From NCBI GenBank assembly GCA_036172245.1, contig JAYWIR010000045.1, positions 248,001-312,000 of the forward strand: a DNA stretch of 64,000 nucleotides. Reading direction: 5' to 3'. The translations under genes and the position numbers were made by a program. Within the stretch, counting starts at the first letter, position 1. Each line of letters opens with the position of its first letter. The notes under the pieces are model-generated. The model saw only the letters and a program-made list of their open reading frames with translations, did not search any database and was not told the origin of the DNA. Positions 11,950 to 22,439 of this stretch are shown one piece after another. The DNA is from Raillietiella orientalis (lineage: Eukaryota).

Positions 11950-13035
11950 CGGCATCAAACGTTGGAAGGAAACTCAAAAAAAAGAAGAAAAACTCCCCAC
12001 GGAATGGAAAGATGGTGTGATGCACTCGCACCATCTTTCATTCAAACTGCGAAATACAGCGAAGATGGCCGTGATGCAACGGCTGCGAGCCGCTCGAGAT
12101 CCTTTGATGCTCACAACTGAATTTCTCCGCGACATTTATCCGAAGGTTTTCCGACGAAGGAACGCTTCAGAGCAATCAAAAATGATCTGCACGTTAACGA
12201 GATGCTTGGGACTCCGCTCAGATCGATTCGGGCAAACGGGAAACCCCTGAAAATGCCCTCAAAAATCCATCCGCTGCTTCTGACTTCTGGTTCGTCCTGC
12301 ATTCTTCACTCGGCGTGCGATCACTGCGTGTGCAGCTGCGTGCGTGGGTTCCCTCATGTGAATCCGCTGCGAACGGGAACGGTCAGCCGAAAAGTTTTTC
12401 CAAGGAGCAAAGAAGATAATAGGTAATGGGATTCCAAGTGTCACCTGCTTTCTAGAAGATGATCGCCAGTCGCAGTGATCTAACAGCTTGATAAGGATGC
12501 GAGCTCCAAATGCGAAGAGATCATTTCTTTCGGCGGCAGCTCGGCGAGGCGAAAAGCCGCTTCCAGCCTCCAAGAGATGGCTGATTTCTCGAGCCTTGAT
12601 TCCAAATAAGGGCTTGCCTGTTTCTCCTCCAAGATCACAGGGCTGTTCCATAAAACTTATCGCAGATGCGCACACTCTGTTCCTCCGTTCAACCATCCCC
12701 TTTTCACGCGTTTGCCATAAGAAATGCCGAAAGAAACCGGATGCAATCGAGGACAGACGAGTAAACCAGAACGAAAAAACAATCAAGTGCGCGAATTTAG
12801 GCTTTTGCACATATCTTTGTGCTGCGTAGCAAATTTGGAGCACCCAGACATAAACATTTTTATGGAAGAGCTTCAAAAGATGCCTTTATGAGAACTCTGT
12901 CGTTCCCTGTTGAGTTGCCTGGAAACAGTTGCATTTGAACTCCAGTGCGGGTTCTCAGTTCTGCGCTCGTCTTCCCAGCACGTCTTCGCGTCTGGGCGGG
13001 GTTTCTTCATTCACCAGAAACAGCTTCCGAATTGT
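11950..13035 (-). mobile_element. Degenerate KDZ/Zisupton-like transposase relic with a CxC-like N-terminal part
   Basis: The ORF at 12259-12876 contains REPTHAAAH...KNAGRTRSQKQ, resembling the KDZ MHAxAH..GAGxTxGE motif. TIRKLFLVN...FKCNC lies upstream. Confidence 0.45.
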
Positions 13036-13194
13036 AGACAAAAGGTTAATCCTAGCTGATTATCATTAAGACTTTCCAACGAAAGACACCGCCCTTAATG
13101 CATGGGCCTTCTTAATCCTATAATGTTCTTAAATATGCTAAAGGATTAAACTTTGCTCTCTCTGAATATTTATTTATTCTTTGCATTATTGCAG

Positions 13195-13266
13195 ATGTAC
13201 AGCATTCTGTGTGTGATTTCTTACTATCAGCAAATAAAACTGGAAGACGATAGTAACTGCAAAAAT
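13195..13266 (+). CDS. Exon of the same membrane protein gene (MYSILCVISYYQQIKLEDDSNCKN)
   Basis: T-rich tract with ttgcag acceptor, donor gtaagg at 13267. 72 nt, phase 0/0. Y-x-x-L-C-V-I-S-x-Y-Q completes the last TM helix expected for this family. Confidence 0.8.
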
Positions 13267-14249
13267 GTAAGGTGTTATTGCAAAAGAGAATCCAAATTAG
13301 AGATGTTATAGTTTAGCAATCCGTACAGAGTTCGTGTTGATGGTTCGCTGCAGAGCATCACCTTGGCGACAAGATCCACTCAAAGGGAATTGCAGGAACC
13401 GTAGTAGTCAGAAATCAGCGGCGAAGTGCTTCTTTTCGTCCACTCATGGAGTCCGGGATCAAAATGAGCTATTTGGGCCGCACGATTTTCCTCAAGAGAA
13501 AGTTTTATCATATGGAACCGGCACTTTGGGTTCTCCGGATGGTTTTGACATACCAACACTCTGTTTGAAGTACTGCCATGTTTCATGCAAAGCGGTCTTA
13601 CTGTAAATAAATATACACTCCTTTCTATAAGGAAGATCTGCTATTTCTGAAAGCCCTTTTGTCAATCATCCATTAGGGTGTGATGATGCAGCGCATTTCT
13701 GGGAAATCGATTCTTTTTGCTATCTCTAACTCTTGCTCAAGCCTCAAATTCAAGAAGTTAGATTCAGCAGCTGACAGATGGACAGAGGCAGTCCACAGCA
13801 GCTTTGTGGCCACCAAAGCACTGAGCATCGTTGGCGATGCACTTCTTACCGCCGCTGAGGTTCTCAATGTCTTTACTTTCTATTGAACCAGCAGCAGAAT
13901 GCTTCAGTTAGCCTACAATCCACTGTACACGAACACATGTACGTTTGTTTTATTGCATTCCAAATGTGATGCAATTAAACTCGCATTACATCAGTACGCG
14001 ATGATCACCAAACACAAGCGGACAGCACTGACTGTGGTGCACGCGCAGCGCGAACAGAGGTGAGCACAATAACGGACTTCGTTGAAAGACCGCTGACTGT
14101 TTTTGGCTCTCATATTTGTCGGAAACGTCGGCATTTCGTCGATGTTCTAGAAAATGCTTCCCATCCTTCAGCGGAAAGCTCGTGTAAAATGGGTACCTTT
14201 TTTTGTTTTTCTCATGAGGAATTGAAAGCTAATAGAGGTCGGAAGACTC

Positions 14250-15250
14250 GCGTAACTGTTCAACTCCTTGATTTACACTCTTCCTCGACACCGAGTTTAA
14301 AGGATTAAGTGGACAAGGGAATTCACAAAATCTGCATAAAAATGATGAGAGCACGACAATCTCATGCCAGAATTGCTGAATTGTTTACATTTGAGGGATG
14401 CAGGGAGGGTGACAGACACATTTGGAACTGTTGGTTGAGGCGTCAGAGTTCGTCCAGAGCTAGTCATGGTCAGCAAGCAGCCTCTGAGAATGAGAAGCGT
14501 ATTCAACCATCTATGGCCAAGAGCTTTAGATGCCAAGCAGGAGACGAAGTACTGTTTTCACGTAGGTGAGGAGCACATTCTCCCGAGTGCATGTCGGCCT
14601 CTTACCAAACATCGGATAAGGAAGGCAGAATTCAAAGGCAGAATTCGCCTTGAGGTTCGATTCTTCTACAGAATGAGTTGCCATAGAGCACCGGTGCGCT
14701 AACAAGTAATGAGCCTCTTGTCGCTGCATCAGGAGGAAAAAACAATTGCTTTCCCATGTCACTGCAGCTTCTTCCCCTCAACTTCGCCGTCAGATAACTG
14801 GAGACTCCAATGCAAGCACGGAAAAGATTTGTTTTGCTGTCACTAGTTCAATCTCGACCAGTCTCATCTGACTGATATTCAGCATTTCTTCCTCATTCTT
14901 CAGAGAGTCGTTTTCTTACAGAGTTCTGGCGTCTTAATTCTAAAAGAGAAGAGTACTCTGACCTTGTTTTTGAGTGCTTAATCTTTTGAAAGATGGATTA
15001 CGTCACAGAACTCTCCGATTGCATCTTAAGAAAACATAGTGCGAGCCAGTGGAATCTCTTCCAGTAAAGGACGAATTGAGGATCAGGAAAAAAATACTCT
15101 AAGGAATAGAAGGTTGCTATTTTGTGTATCTTGGATCGGCTATCTTGGATCAAAATGCAGAGTAGAAGGACGGCAGACCGCTGGTCTCAGAGTTGGGATG
15201 AAAAAAACCCTTACATGGAAGCGAAGAGAATGTTTTTGTCTCTTCAGTTT
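14250..15250 (+). mobile_element. Degenerate Transib (RAG1-core-like) transposase relic
   Basis: Peptides WNCWLRRQSSS..QQ..ENEK / SVFNHLWP..L / PSACRPL..KAE follow the Transib order KWGxDGSS..YKQ, SxF..P and PSS..CRP..KE. Multiple frameshifts. Confidence 0.45.
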
Positions 15251-15961
15251 TCTAGGTTTGTCTGAGAAAAACAGTATGAGATCTCAGGAAGTTTATTTTT
15301 GAGGAGAGAAAAAATCATGGTAAAGAAGGATGATAACGAAGAAGAAACACCATTACTCTCAAATGTCCTTCTCATCCTTCCTCAGCACGAGTGAAGAAAA
15401 ATATCGACTGTGAGAGATTTTTAACAGCATTGGGTATCAAATGTGCACCAAGGGAAACAAAAAATTTGAACTCTGATAAACAAGTAGCCACTACTTTCCT
15501 CAAGAATAACTGAGAGAGCAACAGGGCAAGCAAGTGCCAAGATCAGTTACGGTTAAGGTTTCGTTTCGACTGCTTTGAAATCCCCATAGCTCTGTATTCT
15601 CTGGTAATAGCCTTTGCGGAACCGATGCTTTTATTCAACCGCAGCTGCTGAATAAGCACACACCAAAGACTTGTGGCCTTGAAGCGCATCTTCAGGGCAT
15701 ACTTCCCTCCCCATACTCAGAAGAAGAGGATCGTCAGTACCCAACAGTTGTGCGAGACGCTTTCTACATCTGCATCCGCACATAGCAAACCCTTGCGCCT
15801 TCCCTTTCTCACAGGAGGAAATATCTGGTCTCTTCCAATGCTGGAAGCAATTTAGTCGGACCACAAAGAGGACTCCTCAGATGAAGGTCAGAAAAGAACT
15901 AACAGGAATTCTTTTGTCAGGCAAGAGAAAGCAGTGGTGACCATGGGAGTAGTGAAGATTT

Positions 15962-16730
15962 AAACCCGGTTACGGCGTAGCGTTTATTTTGCAAAGGACA
16001 AACAAAATAAATCATAAGTATGCGGATAAATGTATCCCTCAAAAAACAAGAAAGGCCAAAAAAAAAAAGTTTATCGGGGATGACCAACGGACCACCGGCA
16101 CGCAGGCCGCCTTCCGAAAAGTAGCCAATGGATGGATGGGACAATAAGTAAAATAAAAAAAACATAGGACAGGGGTCTCTCGTATGAAACGTTCCTTAGT
16201 TTTCAGAAGCGGCTGTGGATGGTGGCGATCTCCCTAGCGACTTTTCCAGGCAGATGAGGCCACCTTGCTGCTGCCATGCTGGTGGCCTCTCTTTGCCGCG
16301 AACTTGATTCCAGCATATTCCAGGAGGACTCTCACGGTGGCGCGGATGCAACCGATTGCTGCGATCACAGCGCCCTTCTTCAGTCTGCTGTCCGTGATGA
16401 ATCGCAGCGGCAAGTCCTTTCCAGTGTCCTGCGGTCGACGGAACGAGTTTCCGCCACAAGTCCTCGAGGGCACTGCGCTTAGACAGTTCGAGGAGGCAAC
16501 TCCTTCAGAAACCAGATGTCTGCGTTGATTGCACTGGAATCCTCAGTGCAGAAACAGCAGCATGTCCTGTTTCCAGCGTAGCGGGAACACGGAGGTGTCC
16601 ACGCAAAGGGAAGGGATCACGAGTTCTTCGGGAGGGGCACACCAGGCAAGTCACGCTGTTTTTTCCTTCCAGCTTTTTTTTTGTGAGGGGGCTCAGTAAC
16701 CAGCCGGCCAAATGGAAGGCCCGATGTAAG
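15962..16730 (-). mobile_element. 5'-truncated L1/Tx1-like LINE (ORF2 C-terminus plus 3' UTR), copy A
   Basis: C-x-F-C zinc-finger remnant near 16550, T-rich 3' UTR, and AATAAA (15983-15988, minus) followed by the family terminal motif. Confidence 0.6.
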
Positions 16731-16754
16731 ATCAGAGGAAGAGAGAAGAAATTA

Positions 16755-17526
16755 GGTGGTTGGCCAGCTCACGGACGCTCTACCGAAAGGACTATTGCTT
16801 TGGGATGAGCTGCTGGAATCCCACAGGAAGATCTCGAGTGGCCCCCGGCGCTGAAGAACAACCGAACTCTCACCCTGAAATGGCAGGAGTCGGAGCTTCT
16901 GCTGTTGCACTGGGGTCTCCTGTGCAACGCTTGCCGGTCTCACTGGACCCTGGAGGCTGTGGATCCCAACTGTTGCAGATGAGGGGAACGGGAATCCCTC
17001 CGTCACCTGTTCTTACACTGTGCTGCCCTCTGGTCCCTGTGGTTGCGTTACTCAACGGCCCTTGGGGCATCAAAGGACAATCCCAGGGACATGTTGAAGC
17101 GCCTCTTTGTGCGCGATGCCCTTTCGCCTGCCGCATCCCTAGCAGCTCTTTGCTGCCTACGAGGGATTGTGGGGGTCTGCGGCTAGGCGAGAGAAGGACG
17201 GCGCTATAGGGACGCCATCTGCTTCTCCCCGCGCTTCCTGCGGACGTCAGCGAGATGGCCTCACCTGGGACATACCCAGAAGAAATTTGCCAGCATCCTT
17301 TAAAGGATGGAGAGGACGTCCTCCATCACCCAGTGATCCTTTCCTTAACTCTCCCAATTTTTGTATATACTTGCCTCCTCCCCCTCCACTGCCGAGGCAA
17401 ACCTCGCCGGCCTGCGTATCGGTTACTCGGCATGTTCCGAGCATTTTTCGGACAACGTACGGTCGATGACCCTATTCATGTATGTTTATTTTTCATAATA
17501 AACGTCCCGGTGTGATCAGGTGATAA
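16755..17526 (+). mobile_element. 5'-truncated L1/Tx1-like LINE, copy B
   Basis: zf-RVT CCHC motif WTLEAVDPNCCRxGERESLRHLFLHC (~16940-17025). AATAAA at 17497-17502 followed by the terminal motif. Confidence 0.75.
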
Positions 17527-18559
17527 ACGAAACAGTTTATTCCACCGAAAAAGTCCCTTTGTCCGGATACGAGGAGTGGTGGCGTTCACCATCTCCCTCG
17601 TCTTGCAGACGTTCAGGAGTTTTTCAAATCCTGCAATGTTGCAAGAGAAGTCCCATCTCGCCAGTTGGCCGCAGTCATTGATTGCCCTGAGGGCAGGTAA
17701 AGGTAGAAGCATACGAGACTTTGCTATTTCCTAAATTACTCGGGAATGACCACCGGTAATTTCGCCTCGAATGATGGGAACTGCTCACCGGACCCGCAAA
17801 CAGGGAATCGGGCTACTTCCTCTTTGAAAGCGATGCAGAAAATTAACTAAGTAGGCATGACCAGCTGAACTTCTTCTAGATCGGATTTCTTCCCTTTTCC
17901 TGTCTCTTCATCCGGAATGGATTCCCTCTAACCGCTTTTCGTCACTTGAACCTCAAGGATTTTTGTAAAAAGGATTGTCCGGTTCTCTTACGGGCCATCC
18001 GCTCCATTCATCATTGCCGATTCGAATTCCGAAGGATAGGATCAGGAACCAACGGACAAGGATCGACAGGGAATTTGCTTGATTTTTCTCTCTTCAAACT
18101 CAAGACGTATCTGTAGATTCCTTTCTTGAAGTCGCCAGAAAATGAGGTTTTCCAGGTTTTTGGGAGCGTGACGTTCATTTCCTTGTCCTCCAATTCTCTC
18201 TCTTCATTTACCACCGCCATCTCCTTGCCCTCACTCCGACCGTGTTCTCTTGCTTGCCTACTGCTCTGCTGCTTGGAAAGGATTCAGCGTTTCGGCTGGC
18301 TTGTCGAGCGGACGGAGAACCGAAGAAGGAGAAAAAGGATTCCGAGGTGCCCGTAGATTTTCGATTCTGGGACAGAGTGAGACAATTTGTTGAGAGTCTC
18401 TTTCGTCTCGTGCAGCATTTGAGCAGATCAGTGCCGCCATTCACGTTTCGATGACTGGTTGGAAACGCAGATTTGGATGCGTGGGATGAGTTTCTGGGGG
18501 ACAGTTTCCGTGTGCCTTCTCCGGCGCCTTTGGATTTTTGTCTTTCAGCACTGGAAGGA

Positions 18560-18960
18560 ATCTTCAAATACAGTAGGTTCTGGCTCCGTCGCAGATGTCT
18601 TTGGGTTCATACAGCCTCGTTCTCAATGTTGGGGATCCGGATCTCCCAAAAAGCAAGCGCGTGCTGAACTGCACTTTAAGACGCTTCTTCTGCTCTTCGT
18701 GGTTATTTCCAGGAACTCTGCTTTGTCCTTTAAACTGCCGGATTGCCAAAACAAAAGAATGATTCTTCTGCCTAAACGAACTCGTGTCGGCAAGATATTC
18801 CATAGAAATCCGTACGAGAAAAAGTTTTTCCTCTTTTTTTCCTCTTTTTTTGTTTTCAGCATTGAAAATTGGCGGTTTAACTACAATAAAGGGACAGCCA
18901 TTCTTTCTTCCTCTTCGTTTTTCTCTTCTTCTCATGCATCTTTCTCGATCACCATCTGCA
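18560..18960 (-). mobile_element. Possible Mutator (MULE) FAR1/WRKY-like N-terminal relic
   Basis: RCMRR...RKNGCPFIVVK...KNHS...YEPKDI resembles C..R.RK.GCPF..HNH..KDI. Confidence 0.25.
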
Positions 18961-20089
18961 ATTCAGAAAAGTCTCCAGGAAGAGTAAGAAAAAGCAAATT
19001 CGCGGAACGGCTTCTCGTCGGGCGCAGTTTCTAAGGCACTGAAGAGCGGAAAACGCGGTAATAGGTACAACTGGTGGAAGGTGGCTGTTGATGGAGCAGG
19101 AGAAATAATTTGGATGCTCGAGAGAGAAACGCACAGTTGAGCAAGAACCAACTATTTGAAAAGTCCGCTGGTTTGGAGAGTTTGGATAGGAAGGTCACCA
19201 AAGAAGGAATTGCAGAGAATTGGGGGAAAAAGAACTTATGAAGCAAAAAAAAGAAAGAAATCCCGTAGGATGAGGAAACAGGGCAGTTCTTCCAGTAGGT
19301 AGAAAGATATGCTTCGAACCGAAAGGACAATCATATCATGCTGGATATCCATAGGGATGAGATTAGAGGTTGATCAGATGAAAGAATTCAGAATCTGTTC
19401 AGGAGCACAACTCCTGTCTCATCCTGCTGATTTCCTTCTCTTCCTCTCCGCGAACTCATCAAAATTCTCACCATGCTTGTGGAGTTTCAGTACAGGGTGA
19501 GTTGACCTGGAGTGGGCAAGCGTAGGTGAAGAAACCCCTTTCTCCCTGAGAACTTGACTGTTGGTGCCGATGCGGACTGCAAAACTCCCTGGGAACAGAA
19601 TCACCCTGGGCGGGCATTCATTCCATCGCAGACCTTGCAATCAAAACTGAGATCCTATGGGGTTACCGGTCCCTTTACAGCTTCCTCCTTTGAAACCTGG
19701 GTCGGGTCCTAGATTCTAGGTGGTGTTCACAGGGAGCAACGGCATTCTGTCACTATACCTCTTAAAGGAAAAACAATAATAATTGAGAGGGTTCCAAGTA
19801 ACGTCAGATTTGTCCTTCACCTTTGGGGAGACGGGATGTACACTCAGAAATCGGGTACTACTCAGCTAACCTTCCCGATACTGAATAATGGAGTCTAAGG
19901 GAGCAACGGTAGTGGTTCTCGTGCTGGCTTCGATCCACTGCCGGAAACATTGAGGAATGTCGGTCTCTGGTCAGCTATCTCTAGGATGGACTTTAAGCTT
20001 TGGCCAGCGAGAACGAATGCTCTTCCCAATATGCAGCAGCATCACTAGAAGAGACGAGGCATAAGAAATTGGAACAAAACCAGCAGCGG

Positions 20090-20230
20090 CATGGAGAAGC
20101 ACATGAGCGGTGGACACACTGACGCTGGAGGGAGCAGCGTCCAGGGTTGCATTCGGAACCATCTCTCTTGACGCACACGTGAGGACGCCAGCCACCTCGA
20201 ACCGGTGCACAATCGAACGCAAGACGGCAT
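20090..20230 (+). repeat. Diverged third copy of the repeat duplicated at 27998-28554 and 54913-55468
   Basis: gacgctggagggagcagcgtccagggttgcattcgg...cacctcgaaccgg aligns with the other two copies (TLEG..RVAFG..LDAH..TSNR). Confidence 0.65.
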
Positions 20231-22395
20231 CGAGACACTCCTTATCACAAGACACCTTTGACAGAGGGGAAGGGCGACTCCTGCAAGAGCAGGTACCGGG
20301 GACTTGCTCTCGGCTTCTCCTACAAAGGAACACCCGCGCTTTCAAGATGATTCGTCCGAAGATGCCGGAACGGCGGCATCTTTGGACGAATTCACAGGAG
20401 AAATGTGGAAGCGTCGGACGAGCCACCGTCCGTACTGAAGATCACCCTGAAGAACTGTAGCTTCTTCATGTGGGCGAATCGAAGGAAGAGGGCAAATTAT
20501 GAAGGTGGTGGAACGATTCCCGTTTCCGCTGCAAAATTTGAATTCAGCTTCTCCTGAGTTTCTCATCTACGTACGTGTCGCTATGCTTGCGCCTTGCCTG
20601 TGAAAATCTGTGAGATTCTTTGAACATCAAAGGAAAGATCAGCAAGGTTGCGTTTTCGTCTTCAGGCCTTTTGGAACTTTCTCAAGACCTTTCCGTCTCT
20701 CTGTGTACTTTTTTCAGAGAGCACGGGACTCAGCATTTGACACTTGCAAAGAAGTTATCAGAGACCATCACTGGTCGAGAGAAGAGGAAAATCTTCGGAA
20801 GTCATCGTTGCAATGATCTTATCAGAGAACAATGCCAGGATCTAACTGATCAAACAGGATGATTTCACGAAATCTGAAGTTTCTACATTGGATGGACACC
20901 AAGGGTCTCCCACGTCGACAACTTTTTCCAGGAAGAAGGTTTGCAGATTCCTCGGGGACTTCGGCACTGGAAAGCGCTGACTGCCGAGCTCGTGGGAGCG
21001 CAGGTTCTCATCCCGGAGTCAAAGCAAAACGGCCGGGGGATTCAGCTGGGAGGGCGGTTCAAGCCCGACTTTCGCATTTCCGCGAATTCCCTCAGAGATC
21101 CGGCGACGATCTTCCGTGCTCCCTTCGGTCGTGGATTCTGAAACGCGATCCTCGTTTAGAACCTCCAAGGAACGTTTGCGATCCTTACTGATGAGTGTCG
21201 AACGCATCTTTGAGGCTTTGAGCCAGGAGTCATCACTCGTTTAACTTTTGGGCACGTATCATTTTTCGATGTGACCTGGGATTCGATCTAACGGAGCAAT
21301 TTCGCTCCCGTTCTTCATACAGACGCGCTCACACGTGTGTTCAGGCACTGAAGGTTGACTTTTTCCCCCCTTTTCCAACGAGCGATTGTTTGTTTTTGCT
21401 TTCTGAAGTCATTTTTCGATCCCTTGGCGTCAGCGGGATGTTTTCGTCGCCGCCGGTTCCAAGGAATTCCCTTGGCATCGCGTCATTTCATCGTTGTTTC
21501 CTAGGAGAAAAACAAACAGTCTATTTCAAGAGCGACATAACACCGGAAGAAGTCGGACGTCACGTGGTACTGATCTTTGTTTTTTATCCGAAAAGCTCCA
21601 TCTTCATCAATCTTCAGGAGGCCCTTGCAGATGCAGCAGGGCATTCTGAAGGATCTCCACTTCAGCTGACTTTGTCCAACTGCTTCCGTCTGATCAGTCG
21701 CGTTGGCGCCTCGATCTCCCGATGCGTGGCGGCGCGGAGCGAAACTGAGGTAGCGGTTTGCTCGGACGGATCCTCGCGTTTCGCGTTTAGCCACACTCCA
21801 CCACTGAGTGGCTCCTTTCCACGCTGACTGGCGAGCGTTCCGAGCGCCGCGTGGAACTCTGCAAGTCGACGGGGCCACTTAACGAGCGCCCTGATCTTGG
21901 CCTTCCGATTGCTCCTCAGCCACGCTCGGGTCTTTGCGCCTGGAACGGCTACCGCGGGCATCTGAGGGGTTTGATGGGGATTCGGTGAGAGAGAAAAGCT
22001 TCCTCCGCACTCAGGGTGCTTCCGTGTGGCTTCCGAGTTCGCCGTAGTGCTCCGAAAGCGAATTCGGTTTCAGCGGCTAGGGGGGGAAGGGGAAGGACCC
22101 GCTTCTTCTACCCTGAGGTACGACTACCTTCCTCACTCGAGTTGGGTCATCGGTGGGAAGGGTAGCCTGAAGATCCGGCGGAGCGAATCCTCCAAGCAGG
22201 CGATCTCCTCGGCGCTAGGACAGGTGGGAAAGTTCTCGACTGCTGATCTTGTCGTGATCATCGAGGATTTTGCTTCCTCCCCATCCGCCCGTATCTAGTC
22301 ACCGAGGAAACTGTTATCAGAGCACCACTGGATTCCGACTGAGGAATGAGTGAAGATGAACGTTCCGTCGAAAACGAAACATCCGCCTCAGGCAC

Positions 22396-22439
22396 CCAGA
22401 GACGCATAACAGGTTGCCAGAGACGCATAACAGGTTGCC
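22396..22439. repeat. Perfect 21-bp tandem duplication
   Basis: ccagagacgcataacaggttg occurs twice in tandem. Confidence 0.9.

Noticed and set aside
13046..13149. piggyBac-like MITE (TTAA-tcct...agga-TTAA)
   Set aside because: The inverted match is too short in AT-rich sequence, and no second copy is present in the window.
21185..21215. Hammerhead ribozyme at CTGATGAG (also near 35109 and 54410)
   Set aside because: No properly spaced GAAA with closing stems was found.
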